Below, piece by piece: positions 18,056 to 26,341 of a DNA stretch of 26,341 nt. Source of the stretch: Nitrospinaceae bacterium. GTDB taxonomy: Bacteria > Nitrospinota > Nitrospinia > Nitrospinales > Nitrospinaceae. Location: contig CBDCXH010000004.1 of assembly GCA_965223665.1 (NCBI GenBank), positions 1-26,341 of the forward strand. Reading direction: 5' to 3'. Positions within the stretch are counted from its first letter, which is position 1; every line of letters begins with the position of its first letter. The notes under the pieces are model-generated. The model did no database searches. It was not told where the DNA came from and saw only the letters and a list, made by a program, of their open reading frames with translations. The position numbers and the translations under genes were made by a program.

Positions 18056-20323
18056 TTACTCAGAGGATTGCATTTGCTGATTTATGGAATCGATATTTTT
18101 TTGCACTATCTCCGCCTGATGATCTAAGCTTAACTTATTAAAAATGGCTAACGCCTTCTCAAAATACGCAATGGCTTGGTCGAAATCTCCTTTGTATTTC
18201 CAAGTTAATCCCAGGTTGATCCAATTAAGGGCTACATCGGGATGGTCTGTACCAAAAGTTTTTATATTGCTATGAAGGGCCTTCTCAAAATACGCAATGG
18301 CCTTTTCGTAATCTCCTTTGTTTATCCAAGCCTCTCCAAGGTTGTTCCAATTAAGGGCTACATTAGGATGCTCTTCACCGAAAGTCTTTATATTGCTGGC
18401 CAACGCTTTCTCGAAATACTCAATGGCTATGTCGTACTCGCCCTTGCAACTCCAAGAGACTCCCAAGTTGATCCAATTAAGGGCGACGTTGGGATGGTCT
18501 GCACCAAAAGTATTTATATTGCTGTGAAGAGATTTCTCGTGGTATTCAATGGCCTTGTCAAAATCTCCTTTGTTATCCCAAGCTGCTCCCAGGTTATTCC
18601 AAATTCGGGCGATATTGGGATGATCTTCACCGAAGGTTTTTAGATCACTGTGAAGCGCTTTCTTGAAGTATTCAATGGCTTGGTCGTAATCTCCTTTGTG
18701 TCTCCAAGCCGTTCCCAGGTTGTTCCAATTAATGGCGACATCGGGATGGTCTGCACCAAAAGTATTTATATTACTATGAAGGGCTTTCTCAAAATAAGCA
18801 ATTGCCTTTTCGTAATCTCCTTTTTTATTCCAAACCAAACCCAGGTTGTTCCAATTAATGGCGACATTAGGATGGCCTTCACCAAAAGTTTTTATATTGC
18901 TATGAAGGGCTTTCTCAAAATTCGCAATGGCCTTTTCGTAATCTCCTTTTTGTCTCCAAGCTTCTCCCAAGTTGTTCCATTTAAGAGCGACGTCGGGATG
19001 GTCTGCACCAAAAGTTTTTATATTACTGTGAAGAGATTTCTCGTAGTATTTAATGGCTTGGTCATAATCTCCTTTGATATCCCAAATTACTCCTAGGTTG
19101 TTCCAACTGGTGGCGACCTTAGGGTGATCTTCACCTAAGGTTTTCAGATCACTGTGAAGCGCTTTCTCGAAGTATTCAATGGCTTGGTTGGAATCTCCTT
19201 TGTCAGCCCAAGCCAATCCCAGGTTGTTCCAACGGTCGGCGATATTGGGGTGATCTTCACCAAAGGTTTTTAGATCACTGTGAAGCGCTTTCTTTAAGTA
19301 TTCAATGGCCTGGTCGTAATTTCCTTTATGTCTCCAAGCCAATCCCAGGTTGTTCCAATTAAGGGCAACATCGGGATGATCTGCACCAAAAGTTTTTATA
19401 TTGCTATGAAGGGCTTTCTCAAAATAAGCAATGGCTTGTTCGTAATCTCCTTTGTGTCTCCAAGTTTCTCCCAAGTTGTCCCAACGGATGGCAACGTTGG
19501 GGTGCTCTTCGTCAAAGTTTTTCAGATCACTGTGAAGCGCTTTCTTAAAGTATTCAATGGCCTGGTCGTAATCTCCTTTGTGTTTCCAAGCTAATCCCAG
19601 GTTGTTCCAATAGGTGGCGAAGTTAGGATGCCCTTCATCAATTGTTTGGAGATCGCTGGACAAGGCTTTTTCATAACAATTTATGGCATGATCGTATTTG
19701 CCTAAAGTAGCATAAATAAATCCAGTATCATTTAAATAAGTTCCAATCTCCGGTGCCAGTTGCGCCGCCCGTTCATATTGCTTCAAGGCCTCACGGTAAT
19801 TCACGGCATCCTCGGCAATTTTTCCTCTTCTATAATGAACCCGAGCCTGTTCCTCAATCAAAGACAACCGCTCTTTGTTTTCTTCCAATTCTTTAAATAA
19901 TTGATCCGCTTCCGACAAATCCCCACTGGCTAAAGCTTCTTCGGCTTGTTGCATTTGAAAAGGAGAAAACTGGTCTTTAAATTTCTGTAGATCCGAATTG
20001 GTGGCTTGTAGTTGTTCCAAGTGATCTTTATAGGATTGTTCCAGGTTGGCCTGTTTGCCTTCAATGGCACTTAACTCCAGTTCTAATTCCTGAATCCGAT
20101 CCTGATCTTTCCCACGCTCTTCAGCCAACTCGGCGCGGATCTCGGCTTCCCGTTTTTGCAAAAACGCATGGTGTTCTTCCAGGGTGATACCAATGACAAA
20201 TTTGTCACCTTCAACCTTATCGCCTATTACTTTGTCACCCGCCACATTATCGCCCATGACGGTGCCCTGGGTTTTGGGGTTGGCATTTTGAGGTTCTTGA
20301 TCTTTAGGGTTAGGTTCGGGCAT
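18056..20323 (-). CDS. TPR protein with ~12 tandem 42-aa repeats (kinesin-light-chain-like), N-terminal GDxV repeat and coiled coil
   Basis: FG.DHP.VA..WNNLG.AW..KGDY..AI.YFEKAL repeats at 126-nt period. Start ATG 20323 (track uses 20335). No NTPase motif seen. Confidence 0.92.
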   Translation of the reverse strand: MPEPNPKDQEPQNANPKTQGTVMGDNVAGDKVIGDKVEGDKFVIGITLEEHHAFLQKREAEIRAELAEERGKDQDRIQELELELSAIEGKQANLEQSYKDHLEQLQATNSDLQKFKDQFSPFQMQQAEEALASGDLSEADQLFKELEENKERLSLIEEQARVHYRRGKIAEDAVNYREALKQYERAAQLAPEIGTYLNDTGFIYATLGKYDHAINCYEKALSSDLQTIDEGHPNFATYWNNLGLAWKHKGDYDQAIEYFKKALHSDLKNFDEEHPNVAIRWDNLGETWRHKGDYEQAIAYFEKALHSNIKTFGADHPDVALNWNNLGLAWRHKGNYDQAIEYLKKALHSDLKTFGEDHPNIADRWNNLGLAWADKGDSNQAIEYFEKALHSDLKTLGEDHPKVATSWNNLGVIWDIKGDYDQAIKYYEKSLHSNIKTFGADHPDVALKWNNLGEAWRQKGDYEKAIANFEKALHSNIKTFGEGHPNVAINWNNLGLVWNKKGDYEKAIAYFEKALHSNINTFGADHPDVAINWNNLGTAWRHKGDYDQAIEYFKKALHSDLKTFGEDHPNIARIWNNLGAAWDNKGDFDKAIEYHEKSLHSNINTFGADHPNVALNWINLGVSWSCKGEYDIAIEYFEKALASNIKTFGEEHPNVALNWNNLGEAWINKGDYEKAIAYFEKALHSNIKTFGTDHPDVALNWINLGLTWKYKGDFDQAIAYFEKALAIFNKLSLDHQAEIVQKNIDSINQQMQSSE
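18150..19700 (-). repeat. Tandem 126-bp repeats coding the 42-aa TPR units
   Basis: Recurring GGATGGTCTGCACCAAAAG / GTTGTTCCAATTAA / CGTAATCTCCTTT blocks. Confidence 0.9.
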
Positions 20324-20492
20324 AGAATTTACCACTGAGAATTAACAGGTTTATAAGCCCATATAATATAGAACGGAAATTAACCCAAATCCTACTCCTT
20401 TCGGTTTGCGGATGCAAGCCCAAGCCGGGGATGAAAAAAAGGCAGGGTAGGTAGGTTCAATAAATAAGGGAAGAAAGGAAAATCTTTATAAA

Positions 20493-20603
20493 GAAAAACT
20501 CGAAAAAGATGTCTTCGAAGAATTCCGTAAATCCCACTATATATCCCACGAATGTTTTGGGAAACAATTGGATCGAATAGAAAATAAATTGGATGGGAAA
20601 TAA
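20493..20603 (+). pseudogene. 5'-truncated paralog of the 17827-18051 gene
   Basis: EKLEKDVFEEFRKSHYISHECFGKQLDRIENKLDGK* aligns without gaps to EKLGKDVFEEFRKSNDDSHKNMKDQLNRIEGKLEKR* (17941-18051). In-frame TAG at 20448 and no ATG upstream. Confidence 0.8.
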
Positions 20604-20703
20604 TTAAAAACACCCCAATTTTTACCCAGAATACTCAATTCTATTTCACCAGGGTTTAGGATGCCCGGGCGCAAAATCATTCAGTGCAACAAAATACAAC
20701 TAT

Positions 20704-21255
20704 TTATGGTTTGCTGGCTGTTTTTGACTGCTGCGCACATTGTTTAGCAATTTTTTGAGATTTCTTCTGAAATGAATCTGGAAACACTTGGTTAATTTCG
20801 AAAAATTTAAAATCTTCCTTTGTAATTTCTTTGCTTAATCTCGTGGATACGCAGGAACAATATCCTTGAATTTGTAAATCACTAAGTTGTGAGTTTTGTT
20901 TTAAAATACGTGAGGTAGAAAAACATGTTTCTTTAAAACCCTTTGAGAATGCAAGAAGTTCGGTTTTACTCAGGAAGTTGGTAAGAAATAATTGTTTAGC
21001 AATAAAAATAGATACAAGTATTACCGCTGAATTTAGGCTAAATCGGCGTACCTCGTAAGCATAATTATCCACTCGTGTGAACTTGTTTTTAAAAGCCCAA
21101 ATAATTGAACCTATTACTAATCCTGTCAAGATAGAACCAATGACCTCCCCAACAGTAAAAGCTATATTTTTAATATGTGGGTTTGTGGCAAATTTAAATG
21201 AAATAAAAGATAAGAACAACAATACAAGACCGAGAAAAAAACGTTGCAAACTCAT
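20704..21255 (-). CDS. Hypothetical 3-TM membrane protein with Cys-rich C-terminal domain
   Basis: Three hydrophobic segments, then FKETC...YCSCV...AKQC; RBS GAGGA. Confidence 0.75.
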   Translation of the reverse strand: MSLQRFFLGLVLLFLSFISFKFATNPHIKNIAFTVGEVIGSILTGLVIGSIIWAFKNKFTRVDNYAYEVRRFSLNSAVILVSIFIAKQLFLTNFLSKTELLAFSKGFKETCFSTSRILKQNSQLSDLQIQGYCSCVSTRLSKEITKEDFKFFEINQVFPDSFQKKSQKIAKQCAQQSKTASKP

Positions 21256-21666
21256 CTTTTGTTCCTCAGAAAAATTACTACCAATTTTTTCATATTCAAG
21301 TTAGTCATAATTTTTCGTGTTCCTTTGGGTGGGTAATGGCAGATCCTACTTTTTTCTGAAGAAAAATTGTTAATTCTGTTTCAAAATTTTCTAGAACTAT
21401 TAACCTAAAGGCTAATTTTTATTATTATTTAAATTGTCACTTAAGCGATTTTGGATTATTCTCATCTGTCATGATTATTCAATTTTATGAAAAATTTATC
21501 CATTAAAAAGATAGCTTGAAACAAAATGGCCTATACTGGGTAAATTGCTTACCCCCCAATCCACTAAACTCATTAGAAACTACTGGATACTTTCAAATTA
21601 ATTTTTCAGTTTGAAAAATTTCTAGAAAGTTTGGAAAGTTTATAACCCTTTTTGCAAATTCCGAGT

Positions 21667-22170
21667 CTAGTAGGGCCAAATAGCCGATTTGGGATATCCA
21701 TTAGCATCTTTATATTTTAGTAAAGTAATATCTTTTTTTCCGTTCCTCAAGTAGAGAAGAGTTGCGTTTCGTTCTGCTTCTGGAAACCCTGCAATATCTT
21801 TTTGAATAACCCAATAAGCATCTTCAATAAAAATATTTAAGTTTCTGTAATCAGAATAAAAGGTATTTATACCTGAAATTGTTTGGCCAAAAGTTGCCCC
21901 CGTATTCAGCTCTTTTCTATTCATAAGATTATAAAAACTTTTAGAATCATAGCTTTTGCTAACATTATTAAACTTAGAATCCATCATTTGTTGCCTATCT
22001 AATATTTTTACCCCATTGTAAACCCCAAGGTTAAAACCAATTGCAAATCCTATTTTATTCTGTTTTGTTAATTTGTTCCACGAATGCCCATCCCATTTTT
22101 CTTCCTCACAAATACCTGAGGTTATCCCTAAAAAAAAGAAAACGAAAACTCCAGCTATTATTTTCTTCAT
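21667..22170 (-). CDS. Hypothetical secreted protein
   Basis: Start ATG 22170 after GGAGG; signal peptide MKKIIAGVFVFFFLGITSGIC; WDGHSWNKL..K.GF..GF..G motif. Confidence 0.75.
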   Translation of the reverse strand: MKKIIAGVFVFFFLGITSGICEEEKWDGHSWNKLTKQNKIGFAIGFNLGVYNGVKILDRQQMMDSKFNNVSKSYDSKSFYNLMNRKELNTGATFGQTISGINTFYSDYRNLNIFIEDAYWVIQKDIAGFPEAERNATLLYLRNGKKDITLLKYKDANGYPKSAIWPY

Positions 22171-22272
22171 CCTCCACCCCATTCCTCGAAGAAGTTGATT
22201 TAAAGGAATCATTCTTTCGTCAATTTAAGATCAATATTTTTCCCCTACTCGGTGCTTTCAGGTTTTTATTAA

Positions 22273-22998
22273 TTATTCCCCGTTTTGATTTTTCTTACTT
22301 TCTGTAATGTCCTGCCTTAATGCTAATATTTTATTTCTTCTCTCTTCGCGGATCTGCGGTATCACGTAAATTTCATTTAAGATTTCTTGGATGGTGGAAA
22401 GAAAAACTCTGAGATGCGTTGATTGCCATCCATCGTAGGAATTTTCATGCACCTTGTCACTTGTTGCTTGTTGAATGGTCAAGAGTGTATCAAAATATTC
22501 AGGAACCACATCTGGTTTCTTTTCCTTTAAGGATTTAATTCTATCTTCGTAGTTTTCTCCACTTGCACCCTCTTTTATGGCAAGTTCATAGATGATCTTT
22601 CTCGCACAAGCGGAAGCCCCCGTAAGGAAATTACCCTGTAAACAACCTTCGGCTTCGGAAAATAGTTCTCTTAATATCTTTGGTATTCGTTCATCTAATG
22701 TAAAAAAAGAGGTAGGAACGGAGTAAAAAAATTTCTGGTCTAAATCGCAACCTTCCAGATCACAAAATTGGAATTGACCGCCATTATGTTCAGTCGGAAT
22801 ATTCTCATAAGATAAGTGTAAAGATTTTTTTAGACAGGACTGGCATATCACAAAAAAAACATAACATTTTTTGCTGTTTGTCCAATCAAAAACATGCGAG
22901 CTCTTTAATATATACCTCACATGATTTCTTTTGCAAAAGGGGCAATTGTAAACATAATTGTCTATAAAATACTTATTATCCAAATGAGATTGGTCCAT
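22273..22998 (-). CDS. Zn-ribbon plus DUF4145 (HEPN-like) protein
   Basis: CPFC...CQSC, then IPKILRELFSEAEGC...ASACARKIIYEL...DRIKSL...SDKVH, the usual DUF4145 layout. Confidence 0.7.
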   Translation of the reverse strand: MDQSHLDNKYFIDNYVYNCPFCKRNHVRYILKSSHVFDWTNSKKCYVFFVICQSCLKKSLHLSYENIPTEHNGGQFQFCDLEGCDLDQKFFYSVPTSFFTLDERIPKILRELFSEAEGCLQGNFLTGASACARKIIYELAIKEGASGENYEDRIKSLKEKKPDVVPEYFDTLLTIQQATSDKVHENSYDGWQSTHLRVFLSTIQEILNEIYVIPQIREERRNKILALRQDITESKKNQNGE

Positions 22999-23261
22999 CT
23001 CTTTCTCCCAATAAAATTAGACCTTTTCCCCCCAATCAATTTATCATAAGCAATCCAATGGAATTGGCTTATTTAGGCATAAGGAATTAAGGTTGTCAAG
23101 GTGGGAGGTTGCGAAAAATAATCGTGCGTGGAAGGTTATGCAAATAAAGGGGTTGAGCGAATTAGCCTTTACTTTTCAAAGTGGTAGCTTGATTTTTTTC
23201 GAGAATTGGTCTTTAATGAATTTGGATAAAAAATCGGCCCTGCATCTTGTATTGAAGTTCG

Positions 23262-23289
23262 TTGACAAATCAAAATGTAGTGTTAATCT
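23262..23289 (+). promoter_or_regulatory. Sigma-70 promoter pointing at the structured leader and tRNA
   Basis: TTGACA-N16-TAATCT with extended -10 TG at 23281-23282. Confidence 0.6.
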
Positions 23290-23319
23290 ACACAAGTATA
23301 AAGAGGGATTTCGTTCTCG

Positions 23320-23440
23320 AGGGGCCAAAAACAAAGGCTCCACGGTGATGCGACACCGTAGAGCCGAGGTCCAATAAAAAATTTTTTTTGACGATAGCTT
23401 GAGGACCAGAGTGGGGTTCTACACCCCCGTTTTCGTTTTA
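23320..23440 (+). ncRNA. Candidate structured RNA upstream of the tRNA
   Basis: Hairpin GGCTC-C-ACGGTG-ATGCGA-CACCGT-A-GAGCC (23336-23365) and T-arm-like GGGG-TTCTACA-CCCC (23413-23427); GC-rich in AT-rich surroundings. Confidence 0.4.
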
Positions 23441-23472
23441 GAGAGTATCATAGAAAGAAAGGGATTTTCAAT

Positions 23473-23501
23473 AAAAAACGGAGGCCCCCGAAAGGGCCTC
23501 C
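23473..23501 (-). terminator. Intrinsic terminator-like hairpin (U tract on the minus strand)
   Basis: GGAGGCCC-CCGAAA-GGGCCTCC (23480-23501) preceded by A6 on the plus strand. Confidence 0.6.
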
Positions 23502-23513
23502 ATCAAAGATTAG

Positions 23514-23586
23514 GGCACCGTAGCCAAAGGGCTAAGGCAACTTCCTTGCACGGAGTGGATTCCCGGTTCGAATCCGGGCGGTGCCT
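23514..23586 (+). tRNA. tRNA with anticodon UGC (Ala) but tRNA-Cys-like body; CCA not encoded
   Basis: Acceptor GGCACCG/CGGTGCC plus U73; D-arm GCC-AAAGGGCTAA-GGC; anticodon arm ACTTC-CTTGCAC-GGAGT (TGC at 23547-23549); T-arm CCCGG-TTCGAAT-CCGGG. Confidence 0.9.
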
Positions 23587-23810
23587 TTACCTTTTTTGAT
23601 TTTTGGGTTATTTAAATTTTATACTTCCATTGACCTTCAAACAAGAATTTTATTCCTTCATTTAAAACTAAGGAGTATTGCATTAAAAGTCAACGATTTA
23701 TAAGGAGCGTGTCTACCAAAGGGCCTATTTTATAATTATTTTCCCTAAAAAATAAAGGCTTTTATTGCCCAACCCTTATAGGTGGGGTGATTTGAGATTT
23801 TTTAATGCAG

Positions 23811-24263
23811 TTATTTGGGAAGGGGGTCAAGTCTAGGAATATTAGAAACCAAAAAGCATAATAAAGCAATGCTTCTTCGATATCTTTCACCTAAAGAACC
23901 CTCATTTGGTAATATAACTTCCTCAAAGGTTTCTAAAAGCTCTGATATAAGCTTCTCAACTTTTTGGGAATTTAAATTGTGAGCATATTCATTTCGGATT
24001 TTGTTTAATTTTTTTACACCAGCCCAAAATTGGTCATAACCAGTTTTATAAAAAAGTGCCTTGTAAATTTTGACTAACTGATGAAATTGCAATTCTGCAT
24101 CCTCTAAATATTTTGCGTGGTCAATTTCGCTTCTTAAAACTTTATAAATTTCTCTTTCAATTAAAAGATGACCTATTAATGTAAGAAGCTCTAGCTGATC
24201 TCCTTCGGGGAGAATTGAATTAATCTCCTCTATCAAATCATTTTCTTTTTCCCCAATATTCAT
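23811..24263 (-). CDS. HEPN-domain protein (MtlR-like type) with intact RxxxxH motif
   Basis: GHLLIE...FHQLVKI...KKLNKIRNEYAH; all-helical, 150 aa. Confidence 0.7.
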   Translation of the reverse strand: MNIGEKENDLIEEINSILPEGDQLELLTLIGHLLIEREIYKVLRSEIDHAKYLEDAELQFHQLVKIYKALFYKTGYDQFWAGVKKLNKIRNEYAHNLNSQKVEKLISELLETFEEVILPNEGSLGERYRRSIALLCFLVSNIPRLDPLPK

Positions 24264-24326
24264 CGAAACTTTCCCTCTTTACCAAGCATTTAATTCAGTT
24301 TGCCAAATTGCGCGAATTGCAAAAAT

Positions 24327-24473
24327 TTATTCTCTTGAATATTTTAATTTATTTAAAATTTCCTTTTGCAGTTCTACTAAAGTTTCAAGTCGGATATTAA
24401 TTTCTCTCACCTGCGGATAAATAAGTCCAACGAAAATAAATATTAAAATCTCCCAAATAGGTAAATTATCCAT
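24327..24473 (-). CDS. 48-aa single-TM small protein (not in ORF track)
   Basis: MDNLPIWEILIFIFVGLIYPQVREINIRLETLVELQKEILNKLKYSRE*, with GGGAG upstream. Confidence 0.5.
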   Translation of the reverse strand: MDNLPIWEILIFIFVGLIYPQVREINIRLETLVELQKEILNKLKYSRE

Positions 24474-24593
24474 GAGCTTCCACTCCCATAATATTTAGAT
24501 AGCAAAGACGATGCGCTTGTTTACTATATCAACCGGTTAGTGCACCCATTTTCTTGGAAATTAAATTTAGCACAAAACTAATCACAACTCTGG

Positions 24594-24620
24594 AATAAGG
24601 GTAGAATTTCTACCCTTATT
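24594..24620. repeat. Perfect 13-bp inverted repeat downstream of the NACHT gene (terminator or operator)
   Basis: AATAAGGGTAGAA-T-TTCTACCCTTATT. Confidence 0.55.
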
Positions 24621-24648
24621 TTCTTTCCATCCATAAAAAAATTCCCCC

Positions 24649-26341
24649 TCAATTTTTTCGGTAGGCTTGGCCGATTTCCGCATCAAACTCCGGCTTTAAC
24701 GGATCCATAACTTGGGGATGGGTTGTTTCCAAATCATTAAATAGATCTCGGGAAAGGGAGATGTTCTTCTTAATGAGTAAGGAAAAGAATTTTCCCAGAT
24801 TCCCATTAGGGTTGGGGGATTCCACCTGGTTCAGCAAAAATAGTTCCAGCATGGATTCCCAATCCCGTGTAACTTTGGGGGACGGGTTAGTTAATTCGGC
24901 CTCCCAATTGGAAACAAAGTATTTCATGGCCAGGCTCGCTCGGATCAAATCATGCTTAAATAAATAATGGGTCCCTCGTTTAATCAAAAATTTTTTTTCC
25001 AATAGCTGGTTCTGTATTTCTTTCAATAAGGGTTGTTCCGGACAATCAAAGGAAGGGTCGGGTTTGGCCAGCATTTCAAAAGCACGTTCATAAAGAATTC
25101 TGGAGAATTGCTGTTTGTCCTCATCCTGATTCCAGTTTTCCAATACCGGTTCAAACAACTTTTTATATAAAAGGTCCTTAGAGGGAGGCACTTCCTTTTT
25201 TTCTCTAGCAATTTGAATGGCAAACTCCAGTTCCTGCGGATTTTTATAAATGGTGTCATAATTTGAGGGAAAATATTTTATAACTGCTTCCACTTTTTCC
25301 TGATCGGTAGAAGTTTCCTCACCTGTGGGTTTTTCTTTTATGTGGGTATCCCGGTTTTCCTCGGCCAGCACTTTCTTTTGTATAAACTCTTTAATAGTTT
25401 CTTTGTCCAGTTGTGCCATCTCTTGATGTTCTAAATTCAAATCTTCATAAATAACCTGGGAACTGATGCAAATAAAATTAGATTTCCCATTAAAATTGAT
25501 AAAGTGTTTTACACTATCCCTTTTGTTATCTTCAATTTCATTCAATCCATCAATTAAAAATAAAAATCCGCCATCTTTAATGAACTCTATAACCAAATCC
25601 TTATCAGTGATTCCTCCATATGCTTGAAGTTGGTCATAAATAAGATCATTTAAATTTTTTTGCTCTCCAGAAAAAGCTTTTAAAGGAACCAACACCGGGA
25701 TGGATTTATTTAGTTTCTTTGAATATTTTGGATAAGAGAAGTGATGACAGAGGTATTTAAAAAAGGTTGTTTTCCCACCCCAGATTTACCCAAAAGCAAA
25801 AACTTGCGATTCTGTTTTATGGAATCCAAAAAAGCACTGGGATGGAATTTGTCTGAAGGAATCACAAAATCTTGTTCCCAACAGGAAAACTCTTCGTCCT
25901 TTTGTATTGTTTTTAAATAAGGTTTGAATAAATAACGTTGAAGCGCGGGAAACAAGCTGACAAATAAAGGAATCAAACCAAAAGAACCAATTCCCCTAAA
26001 CCTCTTATTCATCACTAGCTTTTGAAAAGTGGCAGAATATGGGGACAAGAGAAATGCCAGACAAGAAAAAAGTAGCCATGAGAAACTAATTATTAACCCA
26101 ATTATAATAGGTAATACAGGGCCAGAAGGGAGAATGAAAACCCCTAGCTTGCCTCCATGAATATCGATTGAATTTCCAAGTTCGTCTTTAACTTTATAAT
26201 AAAGTGTCTTTCTTCCCCATGAAAAAGGTTTTTGGAACTCTCCAATTGGATTAAGTGGACCGTCTAAAAATCTCTGTTGAAGTTTTTCTTTAGTGTCCTC
26301 TATGATAATTTCAAATCCACCAGGAAGAATATTGTTCTCCA
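24649..26341 (-). CDS. Membrane-anchored NACHT-family STAND NTPase, 5' end outside the window, two frameshifts
   Basis: Adding one A at 25770-25773 restores LLLGKSGVGKTTFFKYL (Walker A) and joins to IPVLVPLK...FLFLIDGLNE (Walker B)...YLFKHDLIR. Hydrophobic helices at ~25930-26130; open frame continues to the window edge. Confidence 0.8.

Noticed and set aside
18242-19594. Plus-strand ORFs 18242-18643, 18318-18527, 18650-19096 and 19328-19594
   Set aside because: Antisense shadows of the periodic TPR gene.
3580-19700. Tandem repeats at 3580-4550 and 18150-19700 as CRISPR arrays or DGR template/variable repeats
   Set aside because: Periods of 102 and 126 nt are in-frame TPR units with no unique spacers; no cas or reverse transcriptase gene in the window.
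20392-20613. 73-aa minus-strand ORF
   Set aside because: Antisense to the truncated paralog at 20493-20603.
23330-23410. c-di-GMP-I riboswitch call
   Set aside because: Lacks the GGCAAA and GACGCAAAGC core motifs, and no co-oriented CDS follows; kept only as a generic structured RNA candidate.
23560-23590. tRNA 3' end as att site of an integrated element
   Set aside because: No second copy and no integrase seen in the window.
23093-23599. ORFs 23093-23377 and 23399-23599
   Set aside because: They overlap the promoter, hairpins and tRNA; TTG starts and no protein motifs.

Overview
AT-rich bacterial accessory region, probably from an error-prone assembly: many single-base frameshifts, mostly in homopolymers, cluster at about 1-100, 6.9-12.0 kb and 25.7-26.1 kb. 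The left two thirds look like a phospho-threonine signalling locus. It holds a TPR Ser/Thr kinase, a PP2C phosphatase and an FHA-AAA+-HTH sigma-54 activator with a non-canonical GAHNMA loop. Two sigma-54 (-24/-12) promoters are each preceded, about 100 bp upstream, by the same palindrome GTCYAG-N3-CTGGAC. One promoter precedes PP2C, a roughly 5.2 kb frameshift-split Rhs gene of unusual layout (lipoprotein signal, YD repeats, Rhs core, 3x37-aa repeats, DUF1598-like domain, second YD block) and a SorC/DeoR regulator. The other precedes a 4-TM coiled-coil protein and a vWA-like protein. The right third is a patchwork of orphan and defence-like genes: a 42-aa-repeat TPR protein between two copies of a small phage-like gene, two HEPN-like proteins and a membrane-anchored NACHT NTPase. 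It also holds a promoter-driven tRNA with an Ala (UGC) anticodon but a Cys-like acceptor stem (no G3:U70, U73). Family assignments come from motif recognition by eye, not database searches.
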